A DNA stretch of 63,773 bases, counting the filler, from Octopus bimaculoides (Eukaryota), in NCBI RefSeq assembly GCF_001194135.2. It is 12 parts of 12 records of this genome, joined end to end, with 100 filler letters (N's around TTAATTAATTAA, not from the genome) between each part and the next. Parts side by side here need not be neighbours in the genome. Positions count along the whole stretch, not along the records: positions 1 to 8,724 come from NC_068987.1; positions 8,825 to 14,940 come from NC_068996.1; 10 more parts are not named here. One strand, 5' to 3'. Each line of letters starts with the position of its first letter. The first letter of the stretch is position 1. Both the position numbers and the translations under genes were made by a program. Below the pieces are notes generated by a model, which saw only the letters and a list, made by a program, of their open reading frames with translations, made no database searches and was not told the DNA's origin. Below, piece after piece: positions 1 to 12,538 of this stretch.

Positions 1-330
1 ACAGCCTGCTTGTGAAATTAACGTGCAAGTGGTTGAGCACTCCACAGACACGTGTACACTTAACGTAGTTCTCGGGGAGATTCAGCGTGGCACAGAGTGT
101 GACAAGACTGACCCTTTGAATTACAGGCACAACAGAAACAGGAGGTAAGAGCGAGAGAAATTTGTGGTGAAAGAGTACAGCAGGGTTCGCCACCATCCCC
201 TGCCGGAGCCTCGTGGAGCTTTAGGTGTTTTCGCTCAATAAACACTCACAACGCCCGGTCTGAGAATCGAAGCCCAGATCCTATGACCACGATTCCGCTG
301 CACTAACCACTGGGCCATTGCGCTTCTACA
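1..330 (-). mobile_element. tRNA-derived SINE, family D (3' part runs off the window)
   Basis: The minus strand begins TGTAGAAGCGCAATGGCCCAGTGGTTAG (A-box-like) ... GGCTTCGATTCTC (B-box-like), followed by a non-tRNA body. Confidence 0.75.
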
Positions 331-370
331 GTTATAATAATATATGATATTTACTCCACGAGCATTTCAG

Positions 371-538
371 GAATGGATAAGCTGATGCTATATATCAAAA
401 CTGTAGGAAGTTCACATTGTTTCCGAAATGTTTTATTAAACAAAGAGACGGGTGTGTATTTATCTAAGTCTGCTGATTGTCAATTTAATTTGGAAATGCA
501 TTCACAAGCATTTTTGTGTCATATTTCTAAAATTCCTG
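371..538 (+). CDS. Candidate internal exon, product unknown
   Basis: TTTCAG| acceptor and G|GTAATA donor enclose 168 nt, phase 1-1, open: MDKLMLYIKTVGSSHCFRNVLLNKETGVYLSKSADCQFNLEMHSQAFLCHISKIP. No family recognised. Confidence 0.3.
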
Positions 539-1128
539 GTAATAGCTCTCAGACAGTCCATGAAAATAATCATTATGTTTTGGAAATATAATTATTATGA
601 AAATAATTTTGTGTGTGCAAACAACATTAAGACAGGAGACAATGGTTGGAATGGGGGCGGGATTGTTTAGGGAAGATATTTGGGCGGTCTAAAATTTGGA
701 GGATTCCGTATTTATATAGGTTAAGCAGTGAAGGACTATATGAATTTGCCAACTTTGAGTGATGATGAGTGGCGTGTCGGGCGCAAAGAAACGGAGGAAG
801 CCTGGAAGTCTTTAACTGTATTGGCGAGACCGAGTGTGTTGATTCTTGACTGGAGGACCTTGTAACAATGCTGAGTAGAAAGAATAGAGAGGAGAAAAAT
901 AATTGTCTTAGAGTGTTGGAAATATATTACTAAAGATATTTCGACTAATGAGTACGACACGAGGGGCTGGCGTGATACTGGTTTGACTCAAGGCAATTGT
1001 TTATGAACTCAACCATTAAATTTCAACAAACTCTCATATTTGCCTCTCCCTCACACACACATGCGTATGTATGTATACATACACATGCATATATCTATAC
1101 ATATAAAAGTGTAAGCACACATACGTAT

Positions 1129-1184
<56 letters not shown>

Positions 1185-1351
1185 ATCGTGCATATGATTA
1201 TAACAAAATATGTATCTGTGTGTGTGTGTGTGTGTATATATATACACATATATACATATACGTATATATGCATATATTTACTATATAATGTATATCTCGC
1301 TATGTGTATGTGTGTGTGGGTTTATAATATACAATATATGTGCGTATGTGA

Positions 1352-1541
1352 GGCGCGAGCTGACAGAATCGTTAGCACGCTAGGTGAAGAGCTTAGCGGT
1401 ATTACGTTCTGAGTTCAAATTCGGCCGAGATCAAATTTGCCTTTCATCCTTTGGGAGTCGATAAATTAAATACCAGTTGCGTACTGGGGTCGATCGAATC
1501 CCCCGAAATTTCCGATGTTGTGCCTAGAGTAGGAAAGAATA
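1352..1541 (+). mobile_element. tRNA-derived SINE, family A
   Basis: GGCG(G)CGAGCTG(G)CAGAATCGTTAGC head, GAGTTCAAATT B-box, CCTTTCATCCTTTxGGGGTCGATAAATTAAxTACCAG core, GTGCCTAGAGTAGxAAAGAATA tail. Other copies: about 25740-25870(-), 29745-29910(+), 29923-30135(+), 35520-35595(-), 39500-39690(-), 54830-55010(-), 59295-59375(+). Confidence 0.85.
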
Positions 1542-2169
1542 TATGTGTGTATGTGTGTGTGCATGTGTGTGCGTATACATACGTACATACAGATATACAT
1601 ACATTTATACTTACGTGCACATGTATAAATGTGTTTGTTTGTGTGTGTCCAACATTTTATTCCTAGTGTTTTCTATATTTAACGAAATACTCCTTAATAA
1701 TTCTGTTAGGAATCGATTTTCGCACAAGAATTAAGGTACATGAAGTAGAAGTCCTCGTTATAATCGGGCTCGAATTTTAAATTTTTCCTATCAGACGACA
1801 TGACTGCTCTATTTATTTTGACCTCTGTTTGACCAATACTTCAAAACTAGATTTTGGGAAACAAAAACTGTGCAGACACTCGTTACATAAAATGCAAGTG
1901 CGTGTGTTGACTTCTGTTTTTTTTTTTTTGTTTAGTTATACATTTTCAGGTGTAAAACTGGTATAGTGTGAGTTATAATTTTGGATTCGATAAAATATGT
2001 ATCGATAAGAACCAGACAGAAATAAATAAATAAATGGGGTCGATGTAATCGACTAAAACTCTGTATATCATTAACCCGGCATTAAGATGTGATCGAGGAC
2101 GGAAGGCGTTCCAGAAGTGGCCATGCTGTCTTTCTCGTTGACATTATGCGTCATTCTCTTTTACATTTT

Positions 2170-3155
2170 TTTATGACTGCGGCTATGCTACAGCACTGCC
2201 TTTGGTCGAACACATCAACCGCAGGACTCATTCTTCGTAAGCCTAGTACTTATTCTATCGGTCTCTTTGGCTGAACCGCTATTTTGCGGGGACGTAAACA
2301 TACCGACGTCGGTTGTCAACCGATGGTGGGGGGAAAAACATAGACACATAAACATATACATCTATATATATANNNNNNNNNNNNNNNNNNNNNNNNNNNN
2401 NNNNNNNNNNNNNNNNNNNNNNNNNNNNNNNNNNNNNNNNNNNNNNNNNNNNNNNNNNNNNNNNNNNNNNNNNNNNNNNNNNNNNNNNNNNNNNNNNNNN
2501 NNNNNNNNNNNNNNNNNNNNNNNNNNNNNNNNNNNNNNNNNNNNNNNNNNNNNNNNNNNNNNNNNNNNNNNNNNNNNNNNNNNNNNNNNNNNNNNNNNNN
2601 NNNNNNNNNNNNNNNNNNNNNNNNNNNNNNNNNNNNNNNNNNNNNNNNNNNNNNNNNNNNNNNNNNNNNNNNNNNNNNNNNNNNNNNNNNNNNNNNNNNN
2701 NNNNNNNNNNNNNNNNNNNNNNNNNNNNNNNNNNNNNNNNNNNNNNNNNNNNNNNNNNNNNNNNNNNNNNNNNNNNNNNNNNNNNNNNNNNNNNNNNNNN
2801 NNNNNNNNNNNNNNNNNNNNNNNNNNNNNNNNNNNNNNNNNNNNNNNNNNNNNNNNNNNNNNNNNNNNNNNNNNNNNNNNNNNNNNNNNNNNNNNNNNNN
2901 NNNNNNNNNNNNNNNNNNNNNNNNNNNNNNNNNNNNNNNNNNNNNNNNNNNNNNNNNNNNNNNNNNNNNNNNNNNNNNNNNNNNTCACACACGACGGGCT
3001 TCTTTCAGTTTCCGTCTACCAAATCCACTCAGAAGGTCTTAGTCAGCCCGAGGCTATAGTAGAAGAAATTTACCCAAGTTATAATGCAGTGGGACTGAAG
3101 CCGGAGCCATGTGGTTGGTAAGCAAGCTACTTACTATACAGCCATGCCTGCGCCT
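2170..3155 (-). mobile_element. SINE family B (tRNA head + CORE-like box, internal microsatellite in the gap, conserved tail)
   Basis: Head at 2985-3155 and tail at 2170-2340 are on the same strand and separated by (TA)n plus an N gap. The layout matches the full copy at 11114-11568. Confidence 0.75.
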
Positions 3156-3260
3156 ATTAGATTAATTAGAAAATCTATTTCGGCACCAGTCATTAGAATG
3201 AACTTTCTACCCCACAGAATCAAAGATTATTTGAAATTTTTTTTTGTTTGTGTGTTTTAC

Positions 3261-3423
3261 GAATGAAGTTAACGAATTGACAAGCAGTCTGCGTTTTATC
3301 TGCGCATGCGTGTATATCTGCTATGAAAATTCTTTCTAGCTCCATCTCGTTGAAAAGGCAGTGCTTCCCTGCTTCCTCGATATGGTGAATATAGCAGCCG
3401 AATTTTGATGAATTTATGTCAGA
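3261..3423 (-). CDS. Candidate exon, product unknown
   Basis: TTTTATCATAG| acceptor with an in-frame stop just before it, open SDINSSKFGCYIHHIEEAGKHCLFNEMELERIFIADIHACADKTQTACQFVNFI, donor C|GTAAAA. No family recognised. Confidence 0.25.
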
Positions 3424-4071
3424 CTATGATAAAACATGCGGAGATAGATTGTGTTATTAAACTTAGACACGTGATGCCAATGAAAGACACAGAATGGTCA
3501 GAAAGGGAACGTCTTTCATCATACTTCTCAACAATTGCTGAACCGGATCTTAGCAATAACAACAAATGCTGAAGGATACAAAAAAATTACGTGTTGGAAC
3601 AATGGTTTGTGTTTGTTTATTTGTTGTTTTTTTTTTTTTTTTTTACTTTCATTTCTAAAATACATGAACCAAATGTTTCGCATGTTACGCATGTTCTTAC
3701 TGTTTGGTTAACTAAACCTGGTAAAATGATTTGCCTTTGTATCGTTACGGACTGTCTTCTACTCTGCCATCGTTCTTTTGTGTGAATCACATACATTTTT
3801 AAAATTTATACCAATATACTTAAATTTCAGTGGATCATATCATGTTCCCCAACCACGTAATTCTCGGTTTCTACGGTATAATCTTTTATTCTTGCATTCT
3901 GTTGCCTGGCTTTTGTTATTACGTCCATCTGCCAAACCGGTCTTTTGTATTCCTCTTTTCTGTAACCCTAAATTCCGAATAAAACGCCCAAAATGGCTAC
4001 AGCAAAAGCAGACCCCCCACAAACACACCATAAACAGATACACACAAAAGCATACAAACACACACAGACAT

Positions 4072-4119
<48 letters not shown>

Positions 4120-4600
4120 GCAACAAAATAATAAAAAAAAAGATGTAAACAATAAGGTGGTTCAACTTTCGATACAGATTTATTTGAAACCCGAACGTTT
4201 CGTTGGATTATTGAAAGCAAGACCTTAAGAATAGAATGGGTCGGGACAAACTCCCTGAATAAACTTTGTAGAGGGAAGTAATGCCACGACCAAGCACGTC
4301 GATGCAGTCAACCTATTGTCAACTACAAGTAATGCTATCTCTGAATCCACTGCCATCAGTCAACGTCTTTAATCCTGCTTAAACATGCTAGAGTCACGTA
4401 TCACTCCTGCATCTTACAACAATTCATTAGCCTCGGTATCCTCCCACAGTCAAATATGCGCTTCCTTCTTAAGAACTAATATTTCACTCTAAATTTTCTG
4501 CCCCGTAATCTGGCTGCATTCCCAACTAAGTAATTGGTTGTGAACTTAAAGGATTTTTTAAAATAAAATACTTTTTAGTTTTTTTACGCATTTATAATAC

Positions 4601-4814
4601 TCTTTTCTTCTCTAGGCACAAGGCTCAAAATTTTGGGGGAGGGGGTAAGTCGATTAGATCGACCCCAGTACGCAACTGGTACTTAATCTATCGACCCCGA
4701 AAGGATAAAAGGCAAAGTCGACCTCGGTAGAATTCGAACTCAGAACATAAAGACAGACGATATACCACCAAGCATTTCTCCCGGCGTGCGAGCATTTGTG
4801 CCAGCTCGCCGCCT
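4601..4814 (-). mobile_element. SINE family A
   Basis: Reverse complement of the family A head, core and tail. Confidence 0.85.
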
Positions 4815-5059
4815 TGCGCATCTGTAATATTATAATAGAAAATAGCAACTCTTCTTATATTTTTGCTTGTATAGATTTTTATAAACGTTTGCAAGGTGAG
4901 GACTGGTATTACTAGTTGAAACAATTTATATTTATTCTGTTAACTCTATTATCATCAGCAATACTACAGTCTATATCTCTGTTTAGTATATTTAAGAGAA
5001 GTGGATAATCTATCCGTAAGAGCCTTCAAGTATTAATACCAATAATGTCTTTCAATTTT

Positions 5060-5294
5060 TATCTGTTTCAGTCATAAGACTGTAATCATGCTGGGGCACC
5101 GCCTTGAGGAATTTTAGTGAAATGAAACGAGCCTAGTATTTCTTAAAAGCCTGGTGCTTATTCTATCCATCTCTTCTGCCGAACCACTAAGTTACAGCGA
5201 CGTAATCACGGCAACACCAGTTGTCAAGCGGTGTTGGAGACAAACGCAGACACAAACGCACACACACATACACATACACACACATACATACATA

Positions 5295-5329
<35 letters not shown>

Positions 5330-5490
5330 GAAGGTTTTCTTTCGGTTTCCGTCTAACATATATCCATTCACAAAGCTTTTGGTCAGCCTGAAGCTATTGT
5401 AGAAGACACTTGTTTTGGGTGACCCCCACCTTCCAGTAGAACTGAACCGGGAATCACATGGTTGGGATGTAAACGTTTTACCCCCACAGC
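5060..5490 (-). mobile_element. SINE family B-like, with internal (CA)/(TA) tract
   Basis: Tail-like segment at 5060-5240 and diverged head at 5330-5490 flank a microsatellite. Confidence 0.6.
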
Positions 5491-5674
5491 TAAGCCTTTG
5501 TATATATTTGCAGAATTTGAATCCTAAATTATACCAGAAACAAAAAAACGTTGCGTTAAGAATTGATTACAGCCATAAATGCATGTGTACACATAAGTAA
5601 ATATACGCATATATGCAAGCACACATCTATGCGTTTTGTGTGTGTTTCACTGTGTGTATTAATGTCTCATGATT

Positions 5675-5890
5675 AAGGTGGCCAGCTGTCAGAATCGTTA
5701 GCACGCCGGACGAAATGCTTGGCGGTATTTCTCCCGTCGCTAGGTTTTGAGCTCAAATTCCGCCGAGGTCGACTTTACCTTTCTTCCTTTCGGGGTCGAT
5801 AAATTAAGTACCAGTTGAGTACTGGGGTCGATGTAATCGACTATCCCCCTCACCCACATCTCAGGCCTTGTGCCTATAATAGAAGGGATT
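5675..5890 (+). mobile_element. SINE family A
   Basis: Full head-core-tail match to the other copies. Confidence 0.85.
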
Positions 5891-7222
5891 AACGTCTCAT
5901 AATTCCGTACAACATTAAAGCGCTGCACAAACACGAACGCACATACACACGCATGTATCATCTTATATTCTATGTTTTCTTTTAAAATTCTTTGTCTGGT
6001 TTCAGTCAATGGATACGAGACATACTGGACCAGATCACCTTAAATGTATAATAACATACAGGTTTATAAAGACAATCGTGTAATGCTTCCTGGTGATACA
6101 GTCAGCGATTAAGGGATTGTCAAAATATCGCTTAGAACGTTATTCATACACACGTGTACGTGTGTGTGTATGTATGTATGCATGCATGCATGTATGTATA
6201 TATAGATGCACACACACACACATGTATAGACGTGTGTATAGATACAAATATACACCAGCAGCTCTCAACTCAAGTGTCCTTCTGGTGACCCTCAAGCATC
6301 ATTCTGGTGGCTCGCGAAGTTCTGTCCTCTATAAATATAAATTTTCCTTAATTGACTTGTGTTTTTTTTTTTTTATTTTGTGCGGTCCCCTATAAAACAA
6401 TCTAGGTGTCGGTGCATTTACGTTCCCGTAACTTAGCGGTTCGGCAAAAGAAACCGATAAATTAAGTACTAGCTTACAAAGAATAAGGCTTGGGGTTGAT
6501 ATGTTCAACTAAAAACCCTTTAAGGCGGTGCCACATCATGGCCCAAGCCAAATGACCTGTGTATATATATTTCATTAAACATTTAATTCGAGACCATAAT
6601 TTATGGCGCGAAAATTTTGGACAAGTCGCATGTTTAACCATGTGTACATTAACGAAAGTTCCGGTGAATCGACCAAAATTGCATCAAGTTATTTATTCTG
6701 CCCGAGTTACCCACGCACCATCTCTCCTCACTATACTATCGGAATCCACTGAACCAGTGATTGGTGCGTTAAAAATCTATAACAAATCAAATTATATTTT
6801 TCAGTTTTTCACAAAAATACATGATATGTTTTAAAAACTAATATAATAGAATGTAACTGAAGAGTTTGGTAAAGTTGTCACTGATATAACCTATATTTGT
6901 CTTAGAATTATCAATTAGTTCCATTCAAGTAGTTTGGCAGATCTCTGTTCTTGATTTATGAGCATTTGTTTAGAAAAGAATTACATTGAATGTAACAGAC
7001 TTGCTTTAATAGAGATTTTATGACAAATCTAGAAGTACATATATAGTAGTTTGGTTGTAGGTATTTAGAACTGTTTAGTCTAGAATGATAGATTATTTAT
7101 GTGGAACAAACAAGTGTCTACTAATTGAATTGCTTTAGCACGCAAAATTTTACGAGTTTTTCTAGTAAAATATATGTATGTATGTAGGTATGTATGTATG
7201 TATATATACACACACACATATT

Positions 7223-7253
<31 letters not shown>

Positions 7254-7372
7254 ATATGGGTGTATATATATATATGTGTATATGTATATATGTATGTATA
7301 TATATATAATTATCTATTTATCTATCTATACGTAGATAGCCAGACAATGTGCGTGTACGAATGCACGTATAA

Positions 7373-7406
<34 letters not shown>

Positions 7407-7676
7407 NNNNNNNNNNNNNNNNNNNNNNNNNNNNNNNNNNNNNNNNNNNNNNNNNNNNNNNNNNNNNNNNNNNNNNNNNNNNNNNNNNNNNNNNNNNNNN
7501 NNNNNNNNNNNNNNNNNNNNNNNNNNNNNNNNNNNNNNNNNNNNNNNNNNNNNNNNNNNNNNNNNNNNNNNNNNNNNNNNNNNNNNNNNNNNNNNNNNNN
7601 NNNNNNNNNNNNNNNNNNNNNNNNNNNNNNNNNNNNNNNNNNNNNNNNNNNNNNNNNNNNNNNNNNNNNNNNNNNN

Positions 7677-7730
<54 letters not shown>

Positions 7731-7804
7731 TCCTTATGCACGCACACTCACACTCACACTCACACACACACACGCACACACGATATATATATAATATATA
7801 TATT

Positions 7805-8555
7805 CTCCGCGTCGTCCAGATGATGTACCGCTCGCGGCGGTGGTGGAGAGAGTAGGGCTTCAAGGCTTTAAGGCGGTCCCAGTCATCGAGATCAGTCATG
7901 CCTTCAATTCGTTTAATGCGTTTTGTTTTGTATGAGGAAACCACAAGGGGCAGCAGTATTCGAGGTGTGGCCGTACAAAGGAGGAGAAAAGTGAAATGAC
8001 GACACCTTGTTCTCTGGACCGGGAGGTTCTTAAGATCCAGGAGCTCATCCTACGAGTTATATCGACCTTATTGTTGATGTGGGCACTCCAGCTGAGATTG
8101 TTATCAACAATTACACCAAGGTTTCTGATATTATTGGATGACGGAAGAGAGTACGGCTGTTTTAGTATAGACTTTCTTCCAAAATGCATCAGCTCAAATT
8201 TTCCCACGTTCAGGTGCATTTTGTTTTTGTCTGCCCATTGACTCACAGCATATAGATCAGACTGGAGTTGAGTTCGGTCTTCTTCTTCATTGAGGATTTG
8301 CTGGAGCTTAGTCTCATCAGCGAATGTTTTCACTGGAGAGGTCATTTTTGTAAATTATAAAGAGGAGCGGCCCCAAGACAGTCTCCTGGTGAATTTTGCA
8401 GGGGCTTGAGTGGACTCCATCGACCACAACTACTTGTGTTCTATTCTCCAGGAAATACTTAATCCAGTGTAGAAGTTTTCCGCGGATTCCAACATTTGCT
8501 AATTTTGAGAGTAAGATATTATGGTCAACACTGTCGAACACTTTACTGAAGTATA
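7805..8555 (-). mobile_element. CR1/Jockey-group LINE, frameshifted RT-to-3' fragment
   Basis: FDSVDHNILLSKL...QETVLGPLLFIIY.NDL, FADETKL (degenerate YADD motif), VRPHLEYCCPLWFPH, YSLHHRRERYIIW. Confidence 0.9.
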
Positions 8556-9704
8556 TATACTGAATCGCTTATTGACTATAGGTATATATATATTCTATAC
8601 AAGAAAAATTTCGAGCGCACCCTAACGCTGTAAGAGCAGCAGTGACGGAATGAAGTTGCCAGCAAGCGGCTACGTGAATCGAACCTGTACATTTCAGATA
8701 CCGATAAATATATATATATATATANNNNNNNNNNNNNNNNNNNNNNNNNNNNNNNNNNNNNNNNNNNNTTAATTAATTAANNNNNNNNNNNNNNNNNNNN
8801 NNNNNNNNNNNNNNNNNNNNNNNNATATACATAGGGATAGAGAGAGAAAGAGAGATGTGTGTCATTATGTTTTTGTTTTCACCCCCTCCCCCACCTCACT
8901 ATCTGATACCCGGGGTTGGTTTGTTCGCGTCGCTGTAACTTAGCATAACAGGCTTTGAAAATAATTCCTGGGGCGGATACGTTCGACAAAAATCTTTCAA
9001 AGCAGTGCCCCAGGATGGCCGGAGTTCATTGACTAATACAAGTAAAAAATAACAAATAAAAAAGATATCAAATATTTCATTTCCTTAAGAAGTTAAGGTA
9101 TTCTTTGAAGAGATTTTTGGCTGTTATTTCTTTTAGATATGTTGACATAGAAGTTCCCTTGTTGGTTCGTTTACGTTGAACGAGTAAATGGAAATGTCCC
9201 CTACACTTTATTCTGCCTTATTATTTGTTGTTGAAACTGAACGTTTGTTTATATAAATAAATGCTTGGTTGCGACATCTGAGTGCTATCACTTGAAATGT
9301 CTTCACTTTTTTCCGGAATTTAGTCCAAATTCTCATTACATTGTTAGTCTAAATTTATGGTTCTTTCTACAATTAGAAGAAAGCTTGGCAGATAACTGAC
9401 GTTTTTTAAGTGGCAGATAGTAGAAGTGAGTGCAAAGATGCAGCCAGTCGTGACTCACCAGCATTGTTGTTAATAAATATTAACAGAAAATAAAACAATG
9501 TCTTTCTATTAAGCTTGAATTAGTCTACCTCTATACTTTTGAATATTGTATTAAACTCTGTGTGAATACCGGTTCAAAAGGCTTATGAAAGAAAACCGTA
9601 ATTCAATGACAAGAGGGAAATATACATACGTCTGCAAAGTGGCTTTTTGATTAATTTTCCACAAAGGTACGGATATTAACCCAAATTCAGCAGTCAAATA
9701 AGTT

Positions 9705-9749
9705 TTTCATTCTAGGACATTTTCATTCTAGGACATTTTCATTCTAGGA
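9705..9749. repeat. 16-bp tandem repeat, about 3 copies
   Basis: TTTCATTCTAGGACAT twice, plus TTTCATTCTAGGA. Confidence 0.9.
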
Positions 9750-10079
9750 TAGCCATTTTATTACTAGGATAGTTGAGTGTTCTTTCTAAAGTTTGAGTGA
9801 GCCTTTGAGTACTGTGTAGTCTTATTCTTTTTTCTTATCTACATGCACACATTGTTTATTCACATAACTTTATAATGTCACTTTTAATCCTTTAAAGAGT
9901 TCATTGATTATTCTTTTGATTGTAAATATATATTAACAAACTCTATAAATATAATTATTATAATAGGATAACGACTTGAGCAATTAAAAATATCTCTTTG
10001 TGTCTATCTTTTTATTAAGGTCACAAATTCGAGGGCACCATATACGTGATTTATATCTATTGCGCACAGTGACGATTAA

Positions 10080-10414
10080 AAGGGTAAAGACCCCCCTTCA
10101 GTCATGAATGACCAAGGGATTGCACCTAGAAAGTTCCCCTCCGAGGCACAAGTCTAGGTCGTGTTGTTTATGGAAGACCAGCAGTGGCCCATACATACCA
10201 GCCACCCCCTCTCCATACCACCGATGTTATCCAAGCGAAAAGCAAAGGCCGATACAGCTTGGCACCAGTGACATCGCAACTCATTTCTACAACTGAATGA
10301 ACTGGAGCAACGTGAAATAAAGTGTCTTGCTCAAGAACACAACAGACAGCCTGGTCCAGGAATTGAAATCACTACCACATGTTTCTGAGCCCGACGCCCT
10401 AACCACTGAGCCAT
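10080..10414 (-). mobile_element. tRNA-derived SINE, family C
   Basis: Minus strand: TGGCTCAGTGGTTAG A-box, B-box-like segment, GTTCTTGAGCAAGACACTTTATTTCAC CORE-like box and a long conserved tail. Other copies at 12241-12538 (internally deleted) and 38885-39182. Confidence 0.85.
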
Positions 10415-11113
10415 ATTTTACTCACTGTACCATACATGACGTGAGCACTGGTAATAACATCGCTTCGAATTCAGTAGCATTGTATGACAACTAAGGCAGA
10501 CTGTCTTTTACCCTGAGGAAACCTGAACAGTGCGAGTAAAAATTTAGTTGAAAGAAAATGCTATGGAAGCCCGTCGTGGAAGTAAATTTTGATCTTCACA
10601 CTCTTTCTGAGAAAGATGAGTTGATATGGTTCAACGTTCAGTTTGAACGTTGATGCAAACCACTCGACTTTATGAAGAGAGACGGATGGATATACCGGTG
10701 TAGTGGTTTATACAGGGCTTAAATGTTAGACACAGCAAAGGCTAAGAAAAATCGCATTTGTCGGGTGGACCTAAAACGGAAGCGATATGTAGCTATTTAG
10801 TTCATCAGATTAGGGAATTCTGTGTGGAGTCAAGAATAAGTGCATCTATTTTCTCCATTTGCTGGTGAATGAGCCTACGAATATATAAAGTGGTCTCATT
10901 TATTTATTTTTACATTTTCTTTTTCTTTTTTTTTCTTTTGCAAAGGATGTGATTTAGGGCGTATGTTTCTCTTTGTATGTGTGAGTGCACATACATCAGC
11001 TAGTTTCCAATGTGAGAGCAATTCATCACGACTCATTGCTGAGATCTCTACCAGGTAGGAAACAGAATAAATCTGATGTATTTTTCAGGTCTTCAATAAA
11101 AGGTATAGTTTCT

Positions 11114-11277
11114 GGAGCGCAGGAGTGGGTGTGTGGTAAGTAGCTTGCTTACCAACCACATGGTTCTGGGTTCAGTCCCACTGCGTTGCATCTTGGGCAA
11201 GTGTCTTCTACTATAGCCTCGGGCCGACCAAAGTCTTGTGAGTGGATTTGGTAGACGGAAACTGAAAGAAGCCTGTC

Positions 11278-11335
<58 letters not shown>

Positions 11336-11568
11336 CTGTGTATATGTTTGTGTGTCTGTGTTTGTCCCCCCCCCCAACATCGCTTGACAACAGATGCTGG
11401 TGTGTTTATGTCCCCGTAACTTAGCGGTTCGGCAAAAAGAGACCGATAGAATAAGTACTAGGCTTACAAAGAATAAGTCCTGGGGTCGATTTGCTCGACT
11501 AAAGGTGGTGCCCCAGCATGGCCGCAGTCAAATGACTGAAACAAGTAAAAGAGTAAAGAGTAAAGAGT
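11114..11568 (+). mobile_element. SINE family B, full-length reference copy
   Basis: GCGCAGGAGTGGGTGTGTGG A-box, GGTTCAGTCCC B-box, CTTGGGCAAGTGTCTT CORE-like box, internal (TA)n at about 11279-11330, tail ending (AAGAGTA)n. Other full copies: 28238-28600, 48007-48393, 62779-63120. Partial copies: 6400-6560, 8880-9050, 20490-20582, 45770-45950, 49228-49560, 51375-51700, 58130-58310. Confidence 0.9.
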
Positions 11569-12240
11569 AATTTATCTGCTAATATTTTTCTTTACACACA
11601 CACACACATATGAATATATAGTTTTAGAGAAAAGATGAAAATCCAGTCACATATAGAAAAATTAATAATTAAAAGCACATTAAATTAGTATAATATAATA
11701 CAAAGTAAATATCATAAGATAAAGATAATGTGAAACTTAATTTAATTTTAATTTTTAATGAATTGAATTTAATTCAGTTTTTACCTGTAAATTTGGATTG
11801 TTATCCCTAATAATATTATTATATATATGAATATGTGTGTATGTGTATATGTATATTAAGGCAAAATTGCTGGCCTCGTGTCAAAATTTGAAACTGAATA
11901 ATTTTCTTTTATTATATTTTATAATTAATCAGAAATTATAATTAATCAGAAAACAAAACTTAGAGCCTTTCTCTGATCACTTTCAGGGCCTCCGAGAAAC
12001 GTGGAAGTAAAGAAAAAAGTTTATCTCAGAATGGATTGCACTTAAGGCACCAAAAACCAGACGATGGTGTTAAAATGGATAACGGATTAATTCTACCGCA
12101 GGAACGGATCTCTCCGACAGGATTCTATACAGTTTCCTATTACTAAATTTCACAAAGTATTACATTGTAGGAATGAACCCAAAACCGCGAGATTACGAAG
12201 CAAACTTCTTAAACATTCAGCTTATAGCTACGCATAATAT

Positions 12241-12538
12241 CGTAAAGAACCCCTTCTGTCAAGAATGACCATGGGGACACATGTAGTAAGTTCCCCTCCG
12301 AGGCACAAGTTCAGGCAAGGTTGATTCTCCCCCTCTCCGTGCCACTGATGTTATCCAAGGGAAAGGCAAAAGCTGATATAGTTTGTGACCAGTGACGTCG
12401 AAACTGAGTGGACGGGAGTAATGTGAAATAAAATGTCTTGCTCAAGAACATAACGCTCAACACACATTCCCGGTTCGGGGATCGAAATCACAACCTCATG
12501 ATTGTGAGTCCGACGCTCTAACCACTGAGCCATGCGCA
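12241..12538 (-). mobile_element. SINE family C, internally deleted
   Basis: Matches 10080-10414 with two internal gaps. Confidence 0.8.

Noticed and set aside
2267-3121. Long ORFs made of X, YI, CV, HT, poly-I or poly-N throughout the track
   Set aside because: These are translations of N gaps and di/tri/tetranucleotide repeats that lack stop codons by construction.
6850-7165. Apparent minus-strand exon [19 protein letters not shown]...
   Set aside because: All frames hit stops within about 30 codons. Possibly a decayed retroelement N-terminus, but not supportable.
8769-8780. Recurrent TTAATTAATTAA between N runs (also 14985, 24024, 27532, 35640, 45578, 50860, 53277, 57179, 59724, 62614)
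   Set aside because: It is always embedded in Ns with similar spacing, so it is a scaffolding spacer, not biology.
10380-10414. tRNA-like sequences at SINE heads
   Set aside because: A and B boxes are present but there is no complete cloverleaf, and each continues into a repeated SINE body. Not tRNA genes.
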